The notes beneath the pieces were generated by a model that ran no database searches, was not told the origin of the DNA, and saw only the letters and a list, made by a program, of their open reading frames with translations. From contig CAVRNY010000006.1 of assembly GCA_963722705.1 (NCBI GenBank), positions 631,440-695,439 on the forward strand: a stretch of DNA of 64,000 nt. Direction: 5' to 3'. The position numbers were made by a program, and so were the translations under genes. Shown here piece after piece: positions 25,081 through 34,877 of the stretch; position 1 is the stretch's first letter, and each line of letters starts with the position of its first letter. The DNA is from an uncultured Thermoleophilaceae bacterium. Lineage in GTDB: Bacteria; Actinomycetota; Thermoleophilia; Solirubrobacterales; Thermoleophilaceae.

Positions 25081-25857
25081 CGGGCGCCGGCTCGAGGATC
25101 TGCTCGATCGAGGTGGCCCGGCCGTCGGCGCCGGCCTCGACCAGCACCGCGTTGAGCCACGGGTCCTCGTCGGAGGTCTCGAAGCGCACGTTGGTCATCG
25201 TCAGGAAGCGCTCCAGCGCCGGCTCCTGCTTCACGCCGATCACGCCGCCGCGCGGGCCGGTCATCCCGACGTCGGTGCAGTAGGCGGTGCCGCCGGGCAG
25301 CACGCGGGCGTCGGCGGTGGGCACGTGGGTGTGGGTGCCCACGCAGGCCGTCACGCGGCCGTCCAGGTGCCAGCCCATCGCCACCTTCTCGCTGGTGGCC
25401 TCGGCGTGCATGTCCACGAGCACGTGGGTGGCCTGGCCGCGCAGGTCGGCCAGCGCGGCGTCGACCTCGGCGAACGGCGAGCGCGCGGCCTCCAGGAACA
25501 CCGTGCCGGACAGGTTCACCACGCCGAGCGCCATGCCGTCGCTCTCGACGACCGTGACGCCGCGGCCGGGGCTGCGCCTGCGGGTAGTTGGCCGGGCGCA
25601 CGATCCGCTCCTCGCTGTCGAGGAACTCGTAGACCTCGGTGTGGCGGTAGGCGTGGTTGCCGAGCGTGATCGCGTCGGCGCCGGCGTCGAGGATCTCGCG
25701 CGCCGTCTGCTCGGTGATGCCCACGCCGCCGGCGGCGTTCTCGCCGTTGACCACCACGAAGTCGGGCTGCGTGGCGCTCGCGCAGCCCGGGCAGCAGCGC
25801 GGCCAGCGTCCGCCGGCCGATGCCGCCCACCACGTCGCCGACGAAGAGGAGCTTCAC
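25076..25857 (-). pseudogene. YmdB-like metallophosphoesterase (TIGR00282 type; two frame breaks)
   Basis: GTG 25857 gives VKLLFVGDVVGGIGRRTLAALLPGLRERH. Then VVVNGENAAGGVGITEQTAREILDAGADAITLGNHAY (track ORF 24966..25757). Then GVVNLSGTVFLE...VLVDMHAEATSEKVAMGWHLDGRVTACVGTHTHVPTAD (track ORF 25076..26095). Confidence 0.85.
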
Positions 25858-25943
25858 GGAGCGCAGTCTGCCAGTGGCCGTGCCCGCTACCGTTCCAGCC
25901 GCATGGCCGACGCTCGCAGCCGCCACGGCACCGCCGTCGCGAC

Positions 25944-26654
25944 GTGCTCGAAGCCGAGGGCCTCGACCAAGCGCTACGGCGACCGCGAGGCGCTGCGCGG
26001 CGTGTCGCTGTCGGCCGGCCCGCGGCGAGCTGGTGGCGGTGATCGGGCCCAACGGCGCCGGGCAAGACCACGCTGCTGTCGATCCTCGCCGGCATCCAGC
26101 GCCCGACGAGGGCAGCGTGAGCCGCGGGGCCGCGAGAGATCGGCTGGGTGCCCCAGCAGGCGGCGGTCTACGGCAAGCTCACCGTGGCCGAGAACCTGCG
26201 GCTGTTCGCCCGGCTCGAGAAGGTGCGCCGACCCGGACGCCGACGGTGGACCGCATGCTCGAGCTGACCGGCCTGCGCGACCGCGCCGACGACCAGGTGG
26301 CCGAGCTGTCGGGCGGCAACCGCCAGCGCGTGAACATCGCCATCGGGCTGCTCGGCGAGCCAGCCGGTGCTGCTGCTCGACGAGCCGAGCGCCGCGCTCG
26401 ACCCGCGCCAGCGCGAGCGCGTGTGGGAGTTCGTGCTCAGCCTGGCCGAGGGCGGCACGACGGTCGTCTACTCCACCCACAACATCCAGGAGGCCGAGCG
26501 CCACGCCCAGCGCGTGCTGGTGCTGGCCGACGGCGAGCTGCTCTTCACCGGCTCGCCGCGCGAGCTGGAGGACGCCGTCGAGCGGGAGACGGGGGGCCGG
26601 GGCGCGGACTTCGAGGAGGCGTTCGTGGCCTTCCTACGCGCCCGGGGGCACTGA
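25944..26654 (+). pseudogene. ABC transporter ATP-binding protein (about seven frame breaks)
   Basis: GTG 25944 gives VLEAEGL. Then TKRYGDREALRGVSLS, GELVAVIGPNGAG, KTTLLSILAGIQ, LSGGNRQRVNIAIGLLGEP and VLLLDEPSAALDP (track ORF 26367..26654) lie in alternating frames. Confidence 0.85.
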
Positions 26655-26658
26655 CAGC

Positions 26659-28012
26659 GTGCGCTGGCTGCTGCTGAAGGACCTGCAGATCCTGCGCCGC
26701 TCGCCGCTGCTGGTGGCGCTGCTCGTGCTCTACCCGGTGGTGATCGCGACGCTGATCGGCTTCGCGCTCTCGCGCGGGCCCGACAAGCCGCAGGTGGCGT
26801 TCGTCAACCTCGTGCCCGAGTCGGCGAACGAGATCGAGCTGGGCGGCGAGCGGATCGACGTCTCGCGCGCAGGCCGGCCCGCTGTTCCGCGCCATCGACC
26901 CGGTGCGCGTGAAGACCCGTGCGGAGGCGATCGAGAAGGTCAAGGACGGCGACGTGCTGGGCGCGCTCGTGATCCCCGAGGACACGACCGAGCAAGCTCC
27001 AGGTCGGGCCTCGAGCCGGCCGACGGTCGAGGTCTTCTACAACGCCGAGGACCCGGTGAAGGCCGCGCTTCGTCCGGGACACGATCAAGTCGCAGGTGCA
27101 GGACGCCAACACCGCGCTCACCAAGAGGCTGACCAAGGTGGCGCTGGAGTTCCTCGACCTGATCGCGCACGGGGGCGAGTACAGCTTCCTCGGCCGCGAC
27201 TTCGACGTGCTCGGGCCTCGAGCGCTCCGAGCAGATCCTGCAGGCAGGCGCGGCGCGACCTGCCGCCGGGCTCGCCGGCCCGCGAGCAGATCGACGAGGT
27301 GATCCGGTTCGCGCGCGCTGGCGCGCGAGAACCTCGACCTGTCCGACGACGTGCTGTCGTCGGTGAGCTCGCCGCTGCGGGTGAAGCAGACCCAGCTCGA
27401 CGGCGGCGCCACGCCGCTGAGCTCGTTCGCGGTGGCGATCGCCGTCGGCGGTCTCGCTGATGTTCATCACGCTGCTGCTGGCCGCGGGCGCGCTGGCGCT
27501 CGAGCGCGAGGAGAACGCCTTCCCGCGGCTGGTGCGCGGCCTGGTGTCGCGCACCGGGCTGCTGCTCGAGAAGGCGGGCCTGGCGGCCGTGTGCTCGCGG
27601 TGGTGGTCTGCCTGCTGATGCTGGCCGGGCTCGGGCTGTTCGTGGACCTCGACTGGGACCGCTTCCCGCTGTGGGTGGCGGCCGTCGGCGGCCGGCGCGC
27701 TGGCGTTCGCGGCGATGGGCCTGGCGGTGGGCGCGCTCACGCGGGAGGTGCGCGCGGCGTCGCTGCTGTGCGTGATGCTCTCGCTGCCGCTGACCTTCCT
27801 CGCGCTGGTGCCCTCCGGCTCGGTGGCGCCCGCGCTCTACGACGTGATCCGCGCGATCTCGGCGGTCTTCCCCTTCAAGCCCACGCTCGACGCGCTCGAC
27901 GCCGCGCTCAACGACGCCGGCGACCTCGCGGGCCCGCTGCTGCACCTGCGGCGCCCTGTTCCTCGCCTTCGGGGCCGCAAGCCGCCTGGCGCTGCGCCGT
28001 TTCGCCGCCTGA
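26659..28012 (+). pseudogene. ABC-2 type transporter permease (several frame breaks)
   Basis: GTG 26659 gives VRWLLLKDLQILRRSPLLVALLVLYPVVIATLIGFAL, followed by a long extracytoplasmic segment. The C-terminal TM bundle reads LMFITLLLAAGALALEREENAFPRLVRG and SLLCVMLSLPLTFLALVP. It is coupled to the ATPase gene. Confidence 0.7.
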
Positions 28013-28042
28013 GGTCACCGGGCTCCGCCGTAGACTGAGTCG

Positions 28043-29020
28043 ATGGCCTTCCCCGCCACCCGCATGCGCCGCCTGCGCCGCACCGGGCTGCTGCGCGACA
28101 TGGTGCGCGAGACCGAGCTGACCCCGGCGCACCTCGTCCAGCCGATGTTCGTCGAGCTCGGCACCGACAGCCGCACGCCCGATCGAGGCGATGCCCGGCG
28201 TCGAGCGGCTGTCGATCTCGCACGCGGTCGAGGAGGCGGGCGCGGCCCACGAGCTCGGCGTGCCGGCGGTGCTGCTGTTCGGCATCCCGGCCGAGAAGGA
28301 CGAGCGCGGCTCCGGCGCCTACGACGACGAGGGCGTCGTCCAGCTCGCCGTGCGCGCGATCAAGGAGGCCCACCCCGAGCTGGTGGTGATCACCGACGTG
28401 TGCCTGTGCGAGTACACCTCGCCACGGCCACTGCGGCGTGGTCCGCGCCGACGGCGAGGTCGACAACGACGTGACGCTCGAGCTGCTCGCCAAGACCGCG
28501 ATCTCGCACGCCGCGCGCCGGCGCCGACGCCGTGGCGCCGAGCGACATGATGGACGGCCGCGTGGGCGCGCTGCGCGCGCAGCTCGACGCCGAGGGCCTC
28601 AAGGACACGCCGATCGTCGCCTACTCCGCCAAGTTCGCCTCCGCCTTCTACGGGCCGTTCCGCGAGGCCGCCGACTCCGCGCCCGCGTTCGGCGACCGGC
28701 GCAGCTACCAGATGGATCCCGCCAACGCCGACGAGGCGGTGCGCGAGGCGCTGCTCGACGTGGAGGAGGGCGCCGACATGGTGATGGTCAAGCCCGCGCT
28801 GCCCTACCTCGACGTGATCCGCCGGGTGAAGGAGGCGACGCGGGTGCCGGTGGCCGCCTACAACGTCAGCGGCGAGTACGCGATGATCAAGGCGGCCGCG
28901 GCGGCCGGATACCTCGACGGGCGCGCCGCCGTGCTCGAGGCGCTCACCTCGATCCGCCGCGCCGGCGCCGACATCGTGATCACCTACCACGCAAAGGACG
29001 TCGCCGAGTGGCTTCGGTGA
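28043..29020 (+). pseudogene. hemB: Porphobilinogen synthase (delta-aminolevulinate dehydratase; three +1 frame breaks)
   Basis: Track ORFs 28043, 28191, 28438 and 28532 each carry consecutive HemB sequence: RMRRLRRTGLLRDMVRET, MPGVERLSI...[37 protein letters not shown]...[14 protein letters not shown]...[12 protein letters not shown]...[11 protein letters not shown]. Confidence 0.9.
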
Positions 29021-30101
29021 GGGAGGCCGCGGCGATCCCGAAGGTCCGCTCGCCGCAAGGACGGCGCGGCCGTCCCGCTCGACGAGCTGGACAAGCAGCT
29101 GCTCAACCTGATGCAGGGCAGCTTCCCGCTGGCGCCGCGCCCCTACGAGCACGTGGCCGAGCTGGCCGAGGTCGCCGAGGACGAGGTGCTGAGCCGCGTC
29201 CAGCGCCTGCTCGACGAGCGCATCATCCGCCAGGTCACGCCGATCTTCGACACGCGCGTGCTCGGCTACAGCTCGATGCTGGTGGCGGCCAAGGTCGATC
29301 CCGAGAACCCGCACCGCGCGGCGCAGGATCATCAACTCGCACCCGGGCGTCTCGCACAACTACCTGCGCAACCACGACTTCAACCTGTGGTTCACGATCG
29401 CCACCGAGCCCGACTCGAAGCTCGGCCTGCAGGGCACGCTCGACGTGCTCCAGGAGCTGACCGGCGCCGAGTCGGTGCGCCAGCTGCCCACGCTCAAGCT
29501 GTTCAAGATCCGGATGGACCTCGAGATGGAGAAGGGCACCCAGGACCTCGCCGCGGCGGGCGTGGCGCAGGACCCGATCGAGCCGGACCCGATCGAGCTG
29601 TCCGACCTCGACTTCGCCGTGATCCGCGCGCTCCAGGGCGACATGCCGGTCGTCTCCGAGCCCTACGCGCCCGCCGCCGCGCGAGATCGGGCATCTCGCA
29701 GGCCGAGCTGCTCGAGCACCTCGAGTCGATGAGCGAGCGCAAGGCGCTGCGCCGCGTGGCCGCGATCCTGTTCCACCGCCGCGCCGGCTTCTCCGCCAAC
29801 GGCATGGGCGTCTGGAACGTGCCCGAGGAGCGGATCATGGAGGTCGCGCCGCTGATGGCCTCCTTCCGCGGCATCTCGCACTGCTACCAGCGGCCGACCT
29901 ACGAGGACTGGCCCTACTCGGTCTTCACGATGGCCCACGGCCGCTCGAAGGAGGAGTGCGACGCGATCCTCGACTCGATCGCCGAGGAGACCGGCATCGA
30001 GGACCGCGCGCACGCTCTACTCCTCGACCGAGTTCAAGAAGATCCGCCTCCTCTACTTCACCGACGAGCACAAGCGCTGGGAAGCTGAGCACGCCGCGTA
30101 G
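29017..30101 (+). pseudogene. Fused siroheme decarboxylase AhbA/AhbB (NirD/NirL)-like protein (about four frame breaks)
   Basis: GTG 29017 overlaps the hemB stop. First half: [23 protein letters not shown]...[10 protein letters not shown]...[24 protein letters not shown]. Second half: DFAVIRALQGDMPV...FHRRAGFSANGMGVWNV...GISHCYQRPTYEDWPYSVFTMAHG...STEFKKIRL. Confidence 0.8.
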
Positions 30102-31375
30102 CGCAGGAGCTCTACGCCCGGGCCGTCGGCGCTGATGCCCGGCGGCGTCAACTCGCCGGTGCGCGCGATGGGCTCGATCGGCCGCGACCCGATCTTCGTC
30201 GCCGCGCGGCGAGGGCGCCGAGCTCGATGGACGTCGACGGCAACCGCTACGTCGACTGGATGTGCTCGTGGGGGCCGCTGATCGCCGGCCACGCCCACCC
30301 GGCGGTGATCGAGGCGGTCACGGCCGCCGCCGCGCGCGGCACCAGCTTCGGCGCCCCGACCGAGGCCGAGGTGGAGCTGGCCGCGGAGGTGGTGGACCGG
30401 GTGCCCGAGCGCCGAGATGGTGCGGATGGTGAACTCCGGCACCGAGGCCTCGATGAGCGCGATCCGCCTGGCGCGCGCGGCCACCGGCCGCGAGAAGCTG
30501 CTCAAGTTCGCCGGCGCCTACCACGGCCACGTGGACGGGCTGCTCGCCGAGGCCGGCTCGGGCCTGGCCACGGCGGCATGCCCGCCTCGCCCGGGGTGCC
30601 CGCGGCGCAGGCGGCCGCCACCGTGGTCGTGCCCTGGAACGACCGCGAGGCCGTGGCGGCGGCGCTGGCCGAGCACGACGGTCGCCGCGATCCTGGCCGA
30701 GCCCTACCCGGCGAACATGGGCCTGGTGCCGCCCGCGGAGGGCTTCCTCGCGTTCCTGCGCGAGCAGGCCGACGCGAACGGCGCGCTGCTGGTGTTCGAC
30801 GAGGTGATCTCCGGCTTCCGCGTGGCCCGCGGCGGGCGCGCAGGAGCGCGAGGGCGTGACGCCCGACCTGACCGTGCTCGGCAAGGTGATCGGCGGGGGC
30901 GTGCCGGCCGCCGCCTACGCCGGCCCGCGAGACCTGATGGAGCGGGTCGCGCCCGCCGGCGACGTCTACCAGGCGGGCACGCTCTCGGGGAACCCGCTGG
31001 CCACGGCCGCGGGGCTGGCGACGCTCGCGCTGCTCGACGCGCGCCGCCTACGAGCGGCTCGAGGCGGTCGCGGCGGCCCTCGCCGACGGGCTGCGCGAGG
31101 CGGCGGCGCCGGCGCCGGCGTGCCGGTGCACGTGACGCACACCACGGGCCTGCTCACCGTCTTCTTCCGCGACGGCCCGGTGGCCGGCTACGAGGACGCC
31201 AAGGCCTGCGACACTGGATGCCCACGCCGCCTTCTGCCGCGCGATGCTCGACCGCGGCGTCTACCTGCCGCCGTCGCAGTTCGAGGCCTGGTTCCCGTCG
31301 CTCGCCCACACCGACGAGCACGTGGAGCGCACGCTCGAGGCGGCGCGCGAGGCGCTGGCGGAGGTGGCGCGGTGA
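30085..31375 (+). pseudogene. hemL: Glutamate-1-semialdehyde 2,1-aminomutase (about eight frame breaks; start unresolved)
   Basis: [105 protein letters not shown] and [12 protein letters not shown] are distributed over three frames. TGA is at 31373..31375. Confidence 0.9.
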
Positions 31376-31795
31376 GCGCGCTCGCGCGACGTCGTGGCGG
31401 CCGCGGATCCGGCGCTGCGCCGAGCACGCCGCGCCCGATCCCGGGCCCGGACCGGTTCGGCGCGATGGTGGCGGACGCGGACCGGCTGTTCGTGCTCGAG
31501 GCGGTCTACGAGGGCTACCTGCTGCACTACGGCGAGCCGCGCGCGTTCGCCGGGATGGACGCCGACCTGCGCCTGCTCGCCGGCGACGCGCTCTACGCGC
31601 TCGGCCTCTCGCGGCTCGCCGAGAACGGCGACCTGGACGCCGTGGCCGAGCTGTCCGACCTGATCTCCGCTCACCGCCCGCGCCCACGCCGAGGGCAGCC
31701 CGGAGCGGGCGGAGGCGCTCTGGCGGGCCAGCGCGCGGGTGCTCTCCGGAGAGGGCGGCGAGGGCGCCATGGGCGCCTGGCGCATTTGCCCATGA
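31372..31795 (+). pseudogene. Hypothetical protein coupled to hemL (frame breaks)
   Basis: GTG 31372 overlaps the hemL stop. The readable core is [66 protein letters not shown]. The tail [21 protein letters not shown] is in another frame and ends at TGA 31793..31795. Confidence 0.4.
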
Positions 31796-31868
31796 CAGTC
31801 GGGTTCGTGACACCCGTAGCCATGTTGACAACTATTCTTCCGCGGCGCCGGTTGAATCCCCTCGCACC

Positions 31869-32547
31869 GTGGCCGACTCCTCCCTCCGACAAGAACCAGG
31901 CGCAAGTCGCGCTACACGGCCGACCGCGGCATAGCCGGCGCGTTCGAGGGGGAGACGATCACCCGCCGCGGGTTCATGACCGGCGGCGCGCTGGCCGCCG
32001 GCGGCATCGCCACCGCGGCGTTCGCGCCTGCCGGCGCTGGGCTTCGCGCTCGGGCCGATGTTCGAGGACGGCACGCCCGACCGCTGGCAGGACGTCGGCC
32101 CCGAGGCCGACTTCAACGCCGAGACCTACGTCCCGAAGGTGATGAACATCGTGGCCGACATCGGCGAGGCCGGCAAGACCACCGTCTACGTGCGCAAGTT
32201 CGACCCCGGGCGCGACAGCCAGCCCGCGACAAGCGCAAGGAGCCTGCCCGTACGTCGCGATCTCCACCCGCTGCGCCCACCTGGGCTGCCCCGTCCGCTA
32301 CATCCAGGCCTCCCAGCGCTTCGTCTGCCCCTGCCACGGCGGCGTCTACGACTTCGAGGGCAAGGTCGACGGCGGCCCGCCCGTGCGCCCGCTCGACCGC
32401 TTCTACACCCGCGTGACCAACGGCCGCGTGGAGGTCGGCGACCGCTTCTCGGTCAACTCCGAGCTCGAGCGCTTCTCCCCGCGCGACCCGTCGAACCACC
32501 TCGACGGGCTGTGGCAGTACCTCTACCCGTCGAGGCCCAGCACATGA
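31869..32547 (+). pseudogene. qcrA: Rieske 2Fe-2S subunit of menaquinol-cytochrome c reductase (frame breaks; start tentative)
   Basis: Tat-like motif [22 protein letters not shown], then [21 protein letters not shown]. Cluster ligands CAHLGCPV and CPCHGGVYD are in a third frame. The stop overlaps the qcrB ATG (ATGA at 32544..32547). Confidence 0.8.
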
Positions 32548-33371
32548 GCAAGCTGCACCCCCCGCTGCCGAAGTTCCTGCGCCCGGCGCCCAAGCGCCGG
32601 GGCAGAAGCCGGACGACGGCAACGGGAACGGCAAGAAGCCCGCCACCGCGGACAAGCTCAAGGCGGGCGCGGCCGAGGGCGGCGCGCAGGTCGTCGGCTG
32701 GCTCGACGAGCGCACCGGCGCCAGCCCGTTCCTGCGCGGCTTCCTCTTCCGCAAGGTCCCGAAGGGCACCAACTGGTTCTACACGCTGGGCTCGGCCACG
32801 ATGTTCGCCTTCGTCTCGCAGGCGGTCACCGGGCGTGTTCCTGGCGATGTACTACAAGCCGGACCCCTCGCGCGCCTACGAGTCGGCGGCGCACATCACC
32901 AACGAGGTCTTCCTGGGCGAGCTGGTGCGCGGCATGCACCGCTGGGGCTCGACGGTGATGATCGTCCTGATCTTCCTGCACATGGGCCGGACGTTCGTCT
33001 TCGGCGCCTACAAGTACCCGCGCGAGCTGAACTGGGTCATCGGCGTGATCCTGCTCGTGCTGACGCTGGCGATGGGCCTCACCGGCTACCTGCTGCCGTT
33101 CGACCAGCGGTCGTTCTGGGCCACGGTCGTGGGCGTGAACATCAACGCCTCGGGGCCGATGATGGGCCCGTACCTGGCCGACTTCCTGCGCGGCGGGGCG
33201 GAGTTCGGCGGCGCCACGCTCAGCCGCTTCTACGCGATGCACATGCTGCTCATCCCGGGCCTGATCGCCGCGCTGATCGGCGCCCACCTCTACCTCGTGG
33301 CCAAGCTCGGCACCACCGCCCCGCCGTGGCTGAAGGCCGAGAAGAAGGAACTCCTCAAGGAGGAGATCTGA
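32544..33371 (+). pseudogene. qcrB: Cytochrome b6-type subunit of menaquinol-cytochrome c reductase (two frame breaks)
   Basis: MSKLHPPLPKF... The N-terminal third (WLDERTGASPFLRGFLFRKVPKGTNWFYTLGSATMFAFVSQAVTG) is in another frame. Then VFLAMYY...GMHRWGSTVMIVLIFLHMGRTFVFGAYKYPRELNWVIGV...GYLLPFDQRSFWAT...FYAMHMLLIPG. It is short, like cytochrome b6. Confidence 0.9.
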
Positions 33372-33373
33372 GC

Positions 33374-34136
33374 GTGAACGCGCGCGAGAAGGAGCAGTAC
33401 CTCCGCGAGTACTCGATCCTGAAGAGCCAGGGCAAGCCGTTCTTCCCCTACGCGGTCGCCAAGGACGGCGCGATGGCGGCGATCACGCTGGTCGTGATCA
33501 TCCTGATGGCGATCCTCTTCGGCGCCGAGCTGGGCCCGAAGGCGGACCCGACCACCACGACCTACTCGCCGCGGCCCGAGTGGTACTTCTTCTTCCTCTT
33601 CGAGCTGCTGCGCGTGGTCAAGCCGCCGGAGCTGGTGTTCCTCGCCACGATCGGCATCCCCACGATCTGCCTGATGCTGCTGCTCCTGCTGCCGTTCTAC
33701 GACCGCGGCCCGGAGCGCCACCCGCTCAAGCGCCCGATCGCGATGATCGGCGCCGTCGCCACCGTCGCCGCGATGGCCTACCTCACGGTGCTCGGCGCGA
33801 TCGCCGGCCCGCCGAGCGAGATCGAGATCGACGGTGGCGTCCAAGTACGAAGAGGGCAAGGAGGTGACCGCCTCGTCCGGCTGCCTCGGCTGCCACAAGA
33901 TCGGCGAGAACGGCAACACGCTCGGCCCGAACCTGACCGAGATCGGCGACCGGCTCGGCCGGGACGCGATCGCCCGCACGCTCGTGAACCCCACGCGCCG
34001 ATGCCCTCCTACGCCTCGCTGCGCGAGAACGAGCCGGAGCAGTTCGAGCAGCTCGTGGACTTCATCGCCTCGCTCAAGGAGGAGATGCCCAAGGGCGAGG
34101 GCGCCACCGGCGAGTCTCCCACCGAGAGGCGACTGA
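33374..34136 (+). pseudogene. qcrC: Subunit IV-cytochrome c fusion of menaquinol-cytochrome c reductase (frame breaks; 3' end tentative)
   Basis: GTG 33374. Subunit-IV part: KPFFPYAV...YSPRPEWYFFFLFELLR. Then the c-type haem motif CLGCHKIGENGNTLGPNLT (track ORF 33834..34136) and PMPSYASL in the original frame. Confidence 0.8.
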
Positions 34137-34145
34137 CCCCTCCGC

Positions 34146-34877
34146 ATGAGCTCGCCCACGGCCGCGCCCGAGAGCGGGACCCTGCCGGAGAACCAGGTGC
34201 GGGCGATGTTCGACCGCATCGCCCGGGTCTACGACCGGATGAACTCGGTGATGACGGCCGGGCATGCACCACCGCTGGCGCGCGCGCGCGGCCGACCTCG
34301 CGCGCGTCGGCCCGGGCGACGGGCGCTCGACGTGGCCACCGGCACCGGCGACCTGGCGATCGAGCTGGCCGGCCGGGTCGGGCCGCAGGGCGAGGTCGTG
34401 GGCTCGACTTCTCCGAGGCGATGCTCGAGATCGCCCGCGCCAAGGCGGCGGCGCGGGGCCATCTGCGCTTCGAGCAGGGCAACGCGCTCGAGCTGCCCTA
34501 CGCCGACGGCGAGTTCGACGCCGCGACGGTGGGCTTCGGCGCGCGCAACTTCTCCGACCTCGGCGCGGGCCTGGCCGAGATGGCGCCGCGTCGTGCGCCC
34601 GGGCGGCCGGGTCGTCGTGCTCGAGATCACCACGCCGCAGCGCGCCGCCGCTGTCGTGGTTCTTCGGCTCTGGTTCGACCGCGTGGTGCCGGTGCTCGGC
34701 GAGCTGGCGGGCGACCCGGACGCCTACACCTACCTGCCGAGCTCGGTCCGCCGCTTCCCCGGACCCCGCGAGCTCGGCGCCGAGCTGGCGGCGCCGGCCT
34801 CACCGACGTCCGCTGGATCCTCACGGCGGGCGGGATCATCGCCATCCACTGCGGGCACGGTCCCGGCGGAGCCGTGA
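34146..34877 (+). pseudogene. menG: Demethylmenaquinone/ubiquinone methyltransferase (ORF formally open, but four internal blocks are out of frame)
   Basis: Frame-0 parts: MFDRIARVYDRMNSVMTAG, LDVATGTGDLA, VVRPGGRVVVLE, YTYLPSSVRRFP. Family motifs MHHRWR, DFSEAMLEIAR...LELPYADGEFDAATVGFGARN, PPLSWFFG and AGLTDVRWILTAGGIIAIHCG are readable only in the other two frames. Confidence 0.9.

Noticed and set aside
22353-25283. 976-aa plus-strand ORF across the membrane-protein cluster
   Set aside because: Same phenomenon. It is a mosaic of short in-frame pieces of two frame-broken membrane-protein genes, plus the antisense of the YmdB-like gene. It is not a single protein.
31825-31857. TTGACA hexamer upstream of the Rieske gene as a -35 promoter element
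   Set aside because: No acceptable -10 hexamer lies at 16 to 19 nt. The nearest T/A-rich hexamer (TTGAAT) is 21 nt away. The gene start itself is uncertain because of frame breaks.
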